Virus record (IMG/VR): IMGVR_UViG_3300045988_175656
Source of the DNA: a virus
Length of the DNA: 64,000 nucleotides
Strand: one strand, 5' to 3'
Each line of letters begins with the position of its first letter. Within the stretch, counting starts at the first letter, position 1. The notes under the pieces were generated by a model. It worked only from the letters and a program-made list of their open reading frames with translations. It was not told the origin of the DNA and ran no database searches. Made by a program: the position numbers and the translations under genes. Shown in pieces: positions 18,207-27,530 of this stretch.

Positions 18207-18626
18207 TTAAAAATCAAACTTACCATATTTTACCATAGACCATACATATAGAGGGACTGTTGAAATATAAATAAAATTCCATATTAATCCTTGTATTTTT
18301 GGACTTTCATTTACTTCAATGTTTCTTCTATATGTAATTCTTTCTTTATAAGATTCAGAATCCCCAGATGATATTGATGTTGTTCTACATTCAACTAATG
18401 GTGCTCTAAACAAATCCATTTCAATATCTGTTTGTCTAAACATTTTATGGAATGTTTCAAAGTATTCATCTTCCATTAGACTATTATAATTTTCTTTCCC
18501 AAGAAGTTCTAAAAAATAATACCACATAGTGTATTCTTCATAAGGATAGTTGTTTCCATTGTCCTTACCTTTTAAAACATTATCAATTAATTCTAAACTT
18601 TTGTTATAGTAATCAACTTCCTTCAT
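18207..18626 (-). CDS. hypothetical protein
   Basis: The track start at 18635 is GTG; the first ATG is 18626 (MKEVDYY). Hydrophobic C-terminus. Confidence 0.6.
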   Translation of the reverse strand: MKEVDYYNKSLELIDNVLKGKDNGNNYPYEEYTMWYYFLELLGKENYNSLMEDEYFETFHKMFRQTDIEMDLFRAPLVECRTTSISSGDSESYKERITYRRNIEVNESPKIQGLIWNFIYISTVPLYVWSMVKYGKFDF

Positions 18627-19083
18627 ATTTTTCACTTATTTTATTTATTATTTCTCTTACTGTATATCGTTCAAAGTTAATATTTTCATATAATATTACA
18701 TATGAATATCCTTTACCTTCAATTTTATTTTCATATTGTATATACTTAATTCCCATATCTAAAAGAAAATTCCTCAATTCTTCTAGAGTTTTAACTTCTT
18801 GTATTTTTATACTTGGATAATAATGTAAAATTTGTCCTTTCACATTATCAAAATCAGCCCATGATATACAATCAGGTAATTCTATACAATTTTTATTATC
18901 AATATCAATGTTTATTTCATATACATATGATTTGAAGAATGTTTCAGTATAACATTTACCAATATCCATTATACGATACAATGCTTGTTCTAATGTTCCA
19001 CAATGAAATCCAATATCACAACATTTATATAATAAAACTTCTTCAAAGCAATCATGACTTCCATGAAATATTTTCACTTTCAT
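18613..19083 (-). CDS. hypothetical protein
   Basis: The track start at 19092 is GTG; the first ATG is 19083 (MKVKIFHGS). The FHGS motif alone is too weak for a functional call. Confidence 0.6.
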   Translation of the reverse strand: MKVKIFHGSHDCFEEVLLYKCCDIGFHCGTLEQALYRIMDIGKCYTETFFKSYVYEINIDIDNKNCIELPDCISWADFDNVKGQILHYYPSIKIQEVKTLEELRNFLLDMGIKYIQYENKIEGKGYSYVILYENINFERYTVREIINKISEKYEGS

Positions 19084-19092
19084 GCTTTTCAC

Positions 19093-19338
19093 TTAATTAG
19101 ATTCTTTTTTGTGGCATTGACAATCAGGATTATGAACAAAACCACTTGCTCCATCATATCCAGTTGAACTATTAAACCATATGTAATCATGACCTTTATA
19201 AGTAAATTCTTTACTATACAAAGAAGTTCCATATTGGTCTTTGAAAATATGCTCTCTTTCTAAATTAAGTTTTGGTGCATTATTATTTTGACATGACATT
19301 AACCCAAACAATGCAATAATATAACATATTTTTTTCAT
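19093..19338 (-). CDS. putative lipoprotein
   Basis: MKKICYIIALFGLMSC: a signal peptide with a lipobox Cys. Confidence 0.65.
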   Translation of the reverse strand: MKKICYIIALFGLMSCQNNNAPKLNLEREHIFKDQYGTSLYSKEFTYKGHDYIWFNSSTGYDGASGFVHNPDCQCHKKESN

Positions 19339-19361
19339 ATTATTTATTTTTAGTTTTATAT

Positions 19362-19604
19362 TTATTCAAATTTTACATATCCCACTCTATTCAGTTCTTG
19401 ACAATAAAAAAATATCGTCTTATAATAATGATATTCTTCATCAGAAGAGGAATATATGTCAAATTCATTATCAAACATTAATATAATAACCAGTTTAACT
19501 AATTCAGGAAATGGAACTGTTTTAAACAAATTGACATATACATCTTCTTTATCATATTTTTTAGCGAAGAATAAAATGCTATCTTCTAAAGATTGTCTAT
19601 CCAT
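19362..19604 (-). CDS. hypothetical protein
   Basis: 80-aa ATG ORF in a leftward operon. Confidence 0.6.
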   Translation of the reverse strand: MDRQSLEDSILFFAKKYDKEDVYVNLFKTVPFPELVKLVIILMFDNEFDIYSSSDEEYHYYKTIFFYCQELNRVGYVKFE

Positions 19605-19923
19605 ATTTTTCTTTCATTCTTTTAATCCATTTTAAATAACATTCTTTTGTTTCTTGTTCAGCTAACTTTTCTAATGATTCTATATCATTGGATTCATTAT
19701 CTTCATTTTCATTATAAAAATGATAAAAATTATTAAATGGGTCATATTTTATGAACTCTTCTGTTCTACAAAACGGACATGGTATTTCTTCATCTGATTC
19801 ATAAAGATTGCTATTTTCATCACATTTATCCATATCATAAAGTTTTCCATTAATGCAACATGCATCTGGGTATGAAGCCCCGAAAAATGGAAATTGTGGA
19901 CAAGGTTTATTATTCTCGTTCAT
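19597..19923 (-). CDS. Cys-rich hypothetical protein
   Basis: 108 aa; CPQF..ACC..C..CPFC cysteine pattern; acidic C-terminus. Confidence 0.6.
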   Translation of the reverse strand: MNENNKPCPQFPFFGASYPDACCINGKLYDMDKCDENSNLYESDEEIPCPFCRTEEFIKYDPFNNFYHFYNENEDNESNDIESLEKLAEQETKECYLKWIKRMKEKYG

Positions 19924-19934
19924 ATATAATATTA

Positions 19935-20702
19935 TTAATTAACATTAAATGCATCTTCAAGTGACATGATTAGTTTTTGCATATCTGCTTTATAAAAACC
20001 TGCACTATTAGTACAATTACACTCTATAATTTTATAACCATTTTTAGTTAAACAAATGTCCATAACAAATGTATCATTAACTTGATACAAACTAACCATT
20101 TGATTAACAAAATCATATGCATCATTATCAATAATATCACTTAAATAATAGTTTCCACCAACATTATAAACACTTGCAGTTGCAATTTCACCTTTTACAA
20201 TCCAAAATCTTATTTCATTTAAAATATTTTTAACTGATGATACTTGAACCAAAGTATCATCAGTTAATATACTATTTGGGTTAAGTTTTAATTTTTCAAT
20301 AAAAGAGTACCAATCATCTTTATCTTTAAAAACTCTTCCAGTAAATGCTTTGGTATCTTTGGTTGGTCTCGCAAAAAAGGAAGTGTGAGGTGTAACATCT
20401 TTTACTTTCATTATTTTTGAATCCGCATTTAGTAAATTGTCACCATAGTATTTACTATATACCTCATAATCATGATTTTCATTCATAAATGACCCAGGAT
20501 TCCATTCATATTTTCTTGCAATCTTAGCCATTCTAACAGCACCAAATGGAAATATATCTTTTCTATCAGTATGAATAGTAATGTTATCATTATTAGGCTG
20601 AAGTTTAATGATTTCATAATCCAATTCTAACCTTTCTAATGTTCTTATTAAATTTTCATAATTTTCTTCTCTAAATAGTTTTTCTTGAATTACATAATAC
20701 AT
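19935..20702 (-). CDS. ATP-grasp-like protein (phage DUF4343/R2K-like)
   Basis: The track start at 20708 is TTG; the ATG is at 20702. C-terminal RFWIVKGEIATASVY...VMDICLT.NGYKIIECNC..SAGFY resembles an ATP-grasp C-domain. Confidence 0.5.
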   Translation of the reverse strand: MYYVIQEKLFREENYENLIRTLERLELDYEIIKLQPNNDNITIHTDRKDIFPFGAVRMAKIARKYEWNPGSFMNENHDYEVYSKYYGDNLLNADSKIMKVKDVTPHTSFFARPTKDTKAFTGRVFKDKDDWYSFIEKLKLNPNSILTDDTLVQVSSVKNILNEIRFWIVKGEIATASVYNVGGNYYLSDIIDNDAYDFVNQMVSLYQVNDTFVMDICLTKNGYKIIECNCTNSAGFYKADMQKLIMSLEDAFNVN

Positions 20703-20728
20703 AATCAATCTTTTTAAAATTTATAATG

Positions 20729-20744
20729 CAAATATACAAATATA
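20729..20744 (-). promoter_or_regulatory. two tandem -7 boxes TATATTTG
   Basis: caaatata at 20729-20736 and 20737-20744, upstream of ATG 20702. Confidence 0.45.
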
Positions 20745-20779
20745 AAATGGAAATATGAAACTATTCTTATTAAATAATG

Positions 20780-21094
20780 TTAATCATTAACTGACTTATG
20801 TTCTGTAAAGCTCCACTCCTTATTATAATCACTTTCAATTGAACAATCAATAATGAAATATTTTATAACCTCATTCTGATTATCTTCAGTTACTTTTGAA
20901 CCTTTTATTTTCAAAGGTTCAATAATCCACCAATTCTTGTTATCTATAAGTCCTGTATTATCATCAATTGATTCATTTGTGTGATAATACAAATTTTGGG
21001 AATCAACCCAATGTGTCTCACTTTCATCACCTTCTATGTATAGATAGGCAGGTGTAGCAAAACCATTTAAAAATTCATATTTGTCTCTTTCCAT
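20780..21094 (-). CDS. hypothetical protein
   Basis: 104-aa ATG ORF. Confidence 0.6.
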   Translation of the reverse strand: MERDKYEFLNGFATPAYLYIEGDESETHWVDSQNLYYHTNESIDDNTGLIDNKNWWIIEPLKIKGSKVTEDNQNEVIKYFIIDCSIESDYNKEWSFTEHKSVND

Positions 21095-21096
21095 AT

Positions 21097-21618
21097 TTAT
21101 TTAATATTATTTAACAAACTTATTGCTCGACTAACTATATCAATAATCTCAATTTTGGTCATATAGTTAAATCCTTGACCACCATCATCATGTACAAAAA
21201 AGAAACCATCATCTTCTCCTAAATGAAACAATGTATAATAGATTGTTTCAGAGCTATATGAATGTTTTTCCTTATATCCTAATATACAAATGCCACCACA
21301 AGCACAATTAAGTACATATATTCTTGTGATATATTCCTCATAGCCTTCAACTTTATTTCTAAAAATTCTTTCAATAGTTCCATCACCTCTTTGTGTGACA
21401 TTCAAATCGAACATTTCATTTTGGTCTAAAGAATACATTCCATCTTGTCCTTTTCCTTGTTCATCCCAAATTGCGCTTATGTCATAACTAATAAGGTCAT
21501 GAATTCTTTGGAAGAATGTTCCATCTTCTTTTAATTTTTCATTAGCATATTCGATTCCATCACGAAAACCTGTTTTATATTCATGTGAATTTTTATCTAT
21601 CTTATCCTTTTTTATCAT
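21097..21618 (-). CDS. hypothetical protein
   Basis: The track start at 21645 is TTG inside the TATATTTG box (21635-21642). The first ATG is 21618 (MIKKDKIDK). Confidence 0.65.
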   Translation of the reverse strand: MIKKDKIDKNSHEYKTGFRDGIEYANEKLKEDGTFFQRIHDLISYDISAIWDEQGKGQDGMYSLDQNEMFDLNVTQRGDGTIERIFRNKVEGYEEYITRIYVLNCACGGICILGYKEKHSYSSETIYYTLFHLGEDDGFFFVHDDGGQGFNYMTKIEIIDIVSRAISLLNNIK

Positions 21619-21634
21619 TTTGTTAATGTTTTTG

Positions 21635-21642
21635 CAAATATA
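21635..21642 (-). promoter_or_regulatory. Bacteroidota-type -7 box TATATTTG
   Basis: caaatata, 17 nt upstream of ATG 21618. Confidence 0.5.
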
Positions 21643-21647
21643 CAAAT

Positions 21648-21676
21648 AAAAAACGAGAACCTAAAAAGATTCTCGT
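21648..21676 (-). terminator. intrinsic terminator of the LRR giant gene
   Basis: Complement strand: AACGAGAATCTTTTTAGGTTCTCGTTTTTT. Confidence 0.65.
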
Positions 21677-21694
21677 TAAATATCATTAATTTGT

Positions 21695-24600
21695 TCAAAA
21701 TGGGTTTTTCCATTTTGGTGGAATACTTGAATAGTTATTTAAATTATAACATTTATTAAAGCATCCAGTTCCACTTGGTGTACTTGGGTATTCAGGTTTA
21801 TTAGCTCTTTCCCACAATTCAATACCATCCGTTCCTGTTGGCGTATTTCCTGTTAAACTAGTACAGCCACTAAATGTACCATTAAAAGAAAGAACATTTT
21901 TGTTATTATCAAATAAATTATTTGGTATAGATGCTAAATTTTCACAATCCCTAAATACATTATTAAAATATCTTACATTTGGAGTATATACAAATAAATT
22001 TTCAGGTATTGAAACTATTTGAGGTAAATAACTAAATGTACCACTAAAACCAGTGACTAATATATTATATTTAAATAAATCTTCGGGTATAGTAGCTGTT
22101 AAACCTTTACAACCGCTAAATGTGTTTTCAAAGTCAACTACATTAGGACAATTTTTAAATAAATTTTCGGATATTACACCTGTTAAACCTGAACAATTAC
22201 TAAATACTCCACCTATTTTAGTGACAACAGTATTATTTTTAAATAAATTTTCTGGTATTTCCCCTATAATATTGGTTTTTGAAAAAAACAAATGAAAAGT
22301 TTGTACTTTAGTATTATTTTTAAATAGATTTTCAGGTATTGTGCCTGTTAAACCTATACACCCACTAAATGTACCTGTAAAATCAGTTACTTCAGGGCAA
22401 TTTACAAATAGATTTTCAGGTATTGTGCCTGTTAAACCTGAACATCCACTAAATGTTTGCCAAAATGATTCTGTTTTGGTATTATTTTTAAATAAATTTT
22501 CTGATATTGAACCTGTTAAACCTGAACAATTACTAAATGTAGTGTTAAAATATTTTACATTAGAACAATTTTTAAATAAATTCTCAGGAATAGAACCTGT
22601 TAAACTTGAACAGTAACTAAATGTATTGGCAAATGTTGTAACTTTTGTACAATTTGCAAATAAATTTTCTGGTATTGAACCTGTTAAATTTCTACAACTT
22701 CCAAATATGCCACCAAAATTTGTTACATTATAACAATTATCAAACATATTATCATATATAGCAGTAGTTAAGCCTGAACAACTTAAAAAACACCCACTTA
22801 AAGTTTCAAGATTATAACAATAATCAAAAAAACCTTTAGGAACTGTTATTAATTTATTACATTTGGCAAAAGTATAAGATAAATTTGTTACATTTGTAAA
22901 TGCTCCATAAGTATCTGTTGGAATACTTTCTAAATTAGTACAACCTGAAAACGCATATGATAAATCAGTAATACCCATCCATATACTACCCCAACTAACA
23001 ACTTTAGTTAATAATTCTGGATTAAAATTATGAGCATCTAATTTATCAAATGTCCCATTTATTGTAATTGTATATGTTCCTGTATTACTATATGTATGGG
23101 ACGGATTATTATTAGTTACTGTTTGAACTGCTGAATTATCTCCCCAATCAATTGTACAATTAACATTTCCTGATATTGGTAAATAAATTAAATTAGTTCC
23201 TAATGATGATATGGTATATTCTAATATCATTGGAAAAGTCTCGTTACAACGCCAAACTGGGTCTATTATATGGTATCTATTCAAATTAGTATCACGGCAA
23301 AAACATTGTGTTCCATTTATAGAACTTGGATAACCTGTTTGCCCTGCTCTTTCCCATAATTGTAAATTATCTGTACCTGTTGGCGTATTACCTGTCAAAC
23401 CTTTACAACCCTGAAATGTGTTACTGAAATTAGTTACTTTTTTGCAAACATCAAAAATATTATTTGGTATTGAACCTGTTAGACCTGAGCAATTATTAAA
23501 TAAATTAGCAAAAGTTGTTACTTCTTTATTATTAACAAATAACCCATCAGGAATAGATGCAATATTATAACATCCACTAAATGTAAAACTAAAGTTTGTA
23601 ACAATAGTATTATTGATGAATAATGTAGATGGAATAGATGTTAAACCTGTACAACTACTGAAAGCTCCACCAAAAGTTGTAACTTTAGTATTAGTTGAAA
23701 ATAAGTTAGATGGTATGGAATCCAATTTATTATCATTTTGAAAAATATTTAAGAAACTTGTAACTTCTATATTATTAGTAAATAATGTTTCAGGTATATT
23801 AACCAAATTACGACAAGAAGCAAATGCTGAACTAAAACCAGTTACATTGATATTATTTGCAAACAATGTTGATGGTATTGATGTTAAACTTGTACAAGAA
23901 CTAAATACACCTGCCATATCAATTACATTAATACAATTATCAAATAATTCTTCAGGAATTGATTGTAGCTTTGTACAATTATTAAATGTTCCATTAAATG
24001 ATGATACATTATAACAATGAAAAAATAAATTTCCTGGAATTGATACCAAATTGGAACAATAAGAAAATGTATTTAAAAAACTATTTACGTTAATAAATGT
24101 TTCATAATCGTCATTTGTAATTTCAACTAAGTTAATACATCTACTAAATGCATTGTCCATATTTGTTAATAATGTATTAGTATTACCCCAACTAATTATT
24201 TTAGTGACATTAGTTGAACAATTGTACATTCTTTCGAAATCACCATTTATTTTTACAATATAAGTTCCAGCAGTTTGATATGTATGGGATGGTCTATCAG
24301 ATGTAACAATTTCCTTACTACTTTCATTACCCCAATCAATTTCACAATTAACATTGCCTGATATTGGTAGTGTAACTATCAGATTATCAGGTAATACATT
24401 AAATTCTAATGTAAATGGAATTGGTGGAATTGGCTCAATCCAAAAATCACCTTCTTTTGGTTTATCAGGTGCAGTTTCACTAATAGTTATAGTTGGTATT
24501 GATGTATTTATTTTATCTAATGTATATTGTTTAGAACGAAACGGAACAATATCATCAGCATCATTTTTAACAAATAACGTTTCTTTACCAGTACTATTAT

Positions 24601-24700
24601 TTAATACTAATTCACCATTCTCTATTTCATTTATATCAGGAAAATAAACATCATTATTTAACAATGTGTTTGAATTTTTGATAATTACTATATCTTTCAT
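21695..24700 (-). CDS. large tail-fibre/adhesin-like protein with two PKD-like + BspA-type LRR modules
   Basis: 1001 aa with a fibre-like N-terminus (GELVLNNSTGKETLFVKN). It has two collinear modules. Each begins LPISGNVNC.IDWG..S....VT...PSHTY...GTY.[IV].ING. About 11-15 repeats of ~25 aa follow (LF.NC..VT.F..TFS.C.GLTG.IPEN). Each module ends TGNTPTGTD...LWERA. Confidence 0.8.
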   Translation of the reverse strand: MKDIVIIKNSNTLLNNDVYFPDINEIENGELVLNNSTGKETLFVKNDADDIVPFRSKQYTLDKINTSIPTITISETAPDKPKEGDFWIEPIPPIPFTLEFNVLPDNLIVTLPISGNVNCEIDWGNESSKEIVTSDRPSHTYQTAGTYIVKINGDFERMYNCSTNVTKIISWGNTNTLLTNMDNAFSRCINLVEITNDDYETFINVNSFLNTFSYCSNLVSIPGNLFFHCYNVSSFNGTFNNCTKLQSIPEELFDNCINVIDMAGVFSSCTSLTSIPSTLFANNINVTGFSSAFASCRNLVNIPETLFTNNIEVTSFLNIFQNDNKLDSIPSNLFSTNTKVTTFGGAFSSCTGLTSIPSTLFINNTIVTNFSFTFSGCYNIASIPDGLFVNNKEVTTFANLFNNCSGLTGSIPNNIFDVCKKVTNFSNTFQGCKGLTGNTPTGTDNLQLWERAGQTGYPSSINGTQCFCRDTNLNRYHIIDPVWRCNETFPMILEYTISSLGTNLIYLPISGNVNCTIDWGDNSAVQTVTNNNPSHTYSNTGTYTITINGTFDKLDAHNFNPELLTKVVSWGSIWMGITDLSYAFSGCTNLESIPTDTYGAFTNVTNLSYTFAKCNKLITVPKGFFDYCYNLETLSGCFLSCSGLTTAIYDNMFDNCYNVTNFGGIFGSCRNLTGSIPENLFANCTKVTTFANTFSYCSSLTGSIPENLFKNCSNVKYFNTTFSNCSGLTGSISENLFKNNTKTESFWQTFSGCSGLTGTIPENLFVNCPEVTDFTGTFSGCIGLTGTIPENLFKNNTKVQTFHLFFSKTNIIGEIPENLFKNNTVVTKIGGVFSNCSGLTGVISENLFKNCPNVVDFENTFSGCKGLTATIPEDLFKYNILVTGFSGTFSYLPQIVSIPENLFVYTPNVRYFNNVFRDCENLASIPNNLFDNNKNVLSFNGTFSGCTSLTGNTPTGTDGIELWERANKPEYPSTPSGTGCFNKCYNLNNYSSIPPKWKNPF
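21698..24418 (-). repeat. internal duplication of the PKD-like + LRR module (module A 23246-24418, module B 21698-23242)
   Basis: Both modules share start and end blocks (LPISGNVNC.IDWG..., TGNTPTGTD..LWERA) and ~75-nt periodic LRR units. Confidence 0.75.
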
Positions 24701-24740
24701 TTATATAATATTTTACTTATAAATATCCCAAACACATTCT

Positions 24741-24778
24741 TACTTTTTTAATTGCTTTACTAATTATTGATAAACTAA
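24741..24778 (+). promoter_or_regulatory. MASTF leader element 8 (degenerate)
   Basis: TACTTTTT box; TTGCTTTACTAATTATTGATAAACTAA with arms only partly complementary; ATG at 24785. Confidence 0.5.
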
Positions 24779-24784
24779 ATAAAT

Positions 24785-25813
24785 ATGGCAAGTTATTTTA
24801 AAGTTATGCAAGATGGAAGAGAAGTTGAGTTCTCTTTTTATCTTAATAATCTAGTTGTGAGAGTACCATACACCAATGGATATTTTTCTCTTGTAGGCGA
24901 AACATCTGATTCAATTGGCAGTGTTACAATTGTTTCAACAAAAGAAGGTGTTGATATTCCTTACACTATATCAACAAGTGATAGTTGGTTAACTTCAGAA
25001 ACAGGCAAAATTATCTTATCTGAAAATACAGGGGGAGAACGTAGAGGTACTGCGACAATTACACAAAGTGAAAGTGATGAAGATATTGTGATTACCTTTA
25101 TTCAAGAAGCAAAACCTGCTGACAATTATACATTTGCTTTTGTAAGCAATGATACTGTTGATTCACCTGCAAGTGGAATGTCATTTAATGTATATCTTGA
25201 AAGTTATAGTGGTAATACGCAAGACAATACAGTAGGAGCAACACACACATCTTTACCTGATTGGATTACAGGATGGGAAAGTGTTGATATGGGTACTGGT
25301 TATGTTGCATTTACAGGACGAACAGTTGCAAATGATACTTATCAAGATAGAACAGCAGTGATTACATTTACTCAAAATGAATCTGGAAAAATACTTAGAT
25401 TTACAGTTACACAAGAAGCTAAACAAGAGTTGAAAGTTCCAATGTCATGGGATATTAATTTTACTAATGATTCAACAACTCAAACAACTTCACGTTTCTA
25501 TTTAACATTAAGAGATGGTTCAAATTGGATTAATGCATTCTCTTTATTAAGAGGTCAAATGAATTCAGGTATAACAGAAAGAGAACAGGGTAGTTATACA
25601 AGTGGAACTGAAGAAGCGTTTACTGCAACATCATGTACAATATTATCAACATCAGGTAAAAGGGATTTATATTCGATTTATTTTAATGGTACATTAGTTA
25701 TACAAACAACTATTCAGGGTGATGGTAATGAACATACAGTTTCATTAAGAAGTCGTATTCCTGTTACTGGTTTAGAAATGAAATGGACTGGACAAGTAAC
25801 ATATATGGATTAA
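24785..25813 (+). CDS. MASTF-family protein 8 (MASYF variant) with two BACON-like modules
   Basis: Starts MASYFKVMQDG; degenerate palindrome at 24752-24778. BACON-like modules: SWLTSETGKIILSENTGGERRGTATITQSE.. and DWITGWES...ANDTYQDRTAVITFTQNESGKILRFTVTQEA. Confidence 0.75.
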   Translation: MASYFKVMQDGREVEFSFYLNNLVVRVPYTNGYFSLVGETSDSIGSVTIVSTKEGVDIPYTISTSDSWLTSETGKIILSENTGGERRGTATITQSESDEDIVITFIQEAKPADNYTFAFVSNDTVDSPASGMSFNVYLESYSGNTQDNTVGATHTSLPDWITGWESVDMGTGYVAFTGRTVANDTYQDRTAVITFTQNESGKILRFTVTQEAKQELKVPMSWDINFTNDSTTQTTSRFYLTLRDGSNWINAFSLLRGQMNSGITEREQGSYTSGTEEAFTATSCTILSTSGKRDLYSIYFNGTLVIQTTIQGDGNEHTVSLRSRIPVTGLEMKWTGQVTYMD

Positions 25814-25817
25814 TAGG

Positions 25818-25848
25818 AAAATCCCTCTTTGAAAAGAGGGATTTTTTT
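25818..25848 (+). terminator. intrinsic terminator
   Basis: AAATCCCTCTT-tgaa-AAGAGGGATTTTTTT after the stop of 24785-25813. Confidence 0.7.
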
Positions 25849-25860
25849 ATGTACTAATTT

Positions 25861-25902
25861 TTGTTATTTTTTATGATAGTTTACTAATAATTAGTAAACT
25901 AA
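25861..25902 (+). promoter_or_regulatory. MASTF leader element 9
   Basis: TTGTTATTTTTT; palindrome ATAGTTTACTAATAATTAGTAAACTAA at 25876-25902; ATG at 25918 (15-nt spacer, the longest). Confidence 0.7.
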
Positions 25903-25917
25903 ATAAATACAAACAAC

Positions 25918-26865
25918 ATGGCGAGTACTTTTAAAATTACACAAGAAGGTAAAATTTCAGATATATATGAATTTGAATTTTACAGCCCATCAGGGGAAAC
26001 AGATGTTACCATTAATGCAAATTCATCTTCGGGTGAAGATTCCACTATTAGTAATGTTAAATCATTGAAAAATGGTTCTTATATTGGATATAATAGGGAA
26101 ATTGGTTGTTCTTGGGTTACTTTTCAAACAGGTTCATTATATTGGGAAAAGAATACAAATGGAACACCTAGAACTTGTGTTATTACATTAACACAAAATG
26201 AAAGTAATAAAAAAATGTATATTAGAATTAACCAAGCAGGTGAATATACATTTAAATGGGATGGTACAGATAATACTAATGTACAAGATACTGTGGATTA
26301 TAATGCAAGTTCTTTTAATAATGGATGGTCTAAAACAAGAAATGTTATAAGTGAATATAATTATGACAAAATTAGTTGGTCTGCCACAACAGATGCTTCT
26401 TGGATAACTCCAACATGGAATTCATCAACAGGTCAAACTAATTACATGACATTAAAAATTAATTCAGATAATACAGGAAGTAGTACACGTACAGGTGTAG
26501 TTACATTGAAACAAGATGTATCAAATAAAATACTGACTTGGACTATTATACAGCAAACACAAGCTCAGTATAAACCATCTATTTACTTCAAAGTATCACC
26601 ATTTAGTACTTATATATTTAATATTCAAATAGACACTGAAAAAAGTGCATTTAATGCTAGACCTTATAGTGAGTTACAAATTGAATGTACTTGGCATTCA
26701 AGTAGTGGTAATGTAGTTTATCATACTTTAAAATTTCCAGCTGATGCTGAAGAAAGTGAATTTTATTCAATACCTGAAGGTGATAGACCAACAACGTTAA
26801 CTAATGCAGTTACTATTGTGAATATAACTCCATCATTTGATAATGTATATTATTATCGTATTTAA
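25918..26865 (+). CDS. MASTF-family protein 9 with two BACON-like modules
   Basis: Starts MASTFKITQEG; palindrome at 25876-25902. BACON-like modules: CSWVTFQTG...NTNGTPRTCVITLTQNES and ASWITPTW...NTGSSTRTGVVTLKQD. Ends ..VYYYRI. Confidence 0.75.
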   Translation: MASTFKITQEGKISDIYEFEFYSPSGETDVTINANSSSGEDSTISNVKSLKNGSYIGYNREIGCSWVTFQTGSLYWEKNTNGTPRTCVITLTQNESNKKMYIRINQAGEYTFKWDGTDNTNVQDTVDYNASSFNNGWSKTRNVISEYNYDKISWSATTDASWITPTWNSSTGQTNYMTLKINSDNTGSSTRTGVVTLKQDVSNKILTWTIIQQTQAQYKPSIYFKVSPFSTYIFNIQIDTEKSAFNARPYSELQIECTWHSSSGNVVYHTLKFPADAEESEFYSIPEGDRPTTLTNAVTIVNITPSFDNVYYYRI

Positions 26866-26866
26866 A

Positions 26867-26886
26867 ATGTACTCAATTGAGTACAT
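26867..26886. repeat. GTACTCAATTGAGTAC palindrome, copy A1
   Basis: Perfect 20-bp palindrome ATGTACTCAATTGAGTACAT, 1 nt after the stop of 25918-26865. Confidence 0.8.
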
Positions 26887-26895
26887 ATAGGTATT

Positions 26896-26941
26896 AAAAA
26901 AGCTATGTGTTAACTTTAATATAGTTTCACATAGCTTTTTT
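26896..26941. terminator. bidirectional intrinsic terminator
   Basis: AAAAAAGCTATGTG...CACATAGCTTTTTT between 25918-26865(+) and 26944-27354(-). Confidence 0.65.
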
Positions 26942-26943
26942 CT

Positions 26944-27354
26944 TTAATCTTTCCAAAATTTCAGCCAACTAAAAGATGTGTAAGAAGTTCTCTCTTCACA
27001 TGGTAAACTCCATTCTTTACCCATAAGAATAGCTTGTTTAACAAAACTAACTTTTTGAATGTCACCTTTTATCAAATATTCTACTAAAAAATATATATTG
27101 TATAATATGAAAGGGAGTAACAATAATAATAGCAGCCACCATGAATGTATGCCTACTTCTAATAATAGAAATAGTAACACAATAAGTAATGCAGCCCCTA
27201 CTCCAGAGAAATCAGCAAATTGATTCTTATAAGTGTCTATCATAAGTTTAGTTTCTGCTGAAATTTCTGCATCTTTAATATATACAAAAGGGGAAATAAG
27301 AATAGCATTCAGATTAAGTTTCTTTGCTATTCTTGAATTAAATTTTTGAATCAT
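26944..27354 (-). CDS. membrane protein
   Basis: 136 aa; central hydrophobic segments (GVGAALLIVLLFLLL.., WWLLLLLLLPFILYNIYFLV). Confidence 0.65.
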   Translation of the reverse strand: MIQKFNSRIAKKLNLNAILISPFVYIKDAEISAETKLMIDTYKNQFADFSGVGAALLIVLLFLLLEVGIHSWWLLLLLLLPFILYNIYFLVEYLIKGDIQKVSFVKQAILMGKEWSLPCEERTSYTSFSWLKFWKD

Positions 27355-27530
27355 AATTTATAGGTTTTACCTATAAATATATCTCACGTTTTTAATTTAT
27401 ATTGACAATAATTCGTTTAAAATTCATTAACACAAATTAGATTTAATTATATAATTACCTATGAAGTATAAAAGTGGTACGAAATTAGTAAATTAATCTC
27501 ATACCACCAAATTTTTATTGTTAAATTTTG

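Noticed and set aside
18613-19083. ADP-ribosyltransferase or RNA 2'-phosphotransferase call from the N-terminal FHGS motif
   Set aside because: A single short motif, without identifiable downstream Tyr/Glu catalytic context, is insufficient. The ORF is left as hypothetical.
10797-24418. Periodic repeats as possible CRISPR arrays
   Set aside because: The repeats at 10.8-11.5 kb and 21.7-24.4 kb are in frame, diverged, and have no unique spacers between constant repeats. They encode coiled-coil and LRR units. No cas genes were seen.
22053-24647. Plus-strand ORFs 22053-22295, 22341-22616 and 24354-24647 inside the 1001-aa LRR gene
   Set aside because: They are periodic artefacts of the ~75-nt LRR units read on the opposite strand; their products repeat KPEQLLN/FLNKFSG. 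They are nested in the long minus-strand ORF.
27355-27530. tRNA or other structured RNA gene in the 176-bp gap upstream of 26944-27354
   Set aside because: No T-arm-like GTTC..A..C or acceptor-stem complementarity is present. There is only a 9-bp A/T hairpin (ATTTATAGG/CCTATAAAT) abutting the ATG and a weak 6-bp hairpin. Most likely this is promoter and leader sequence.
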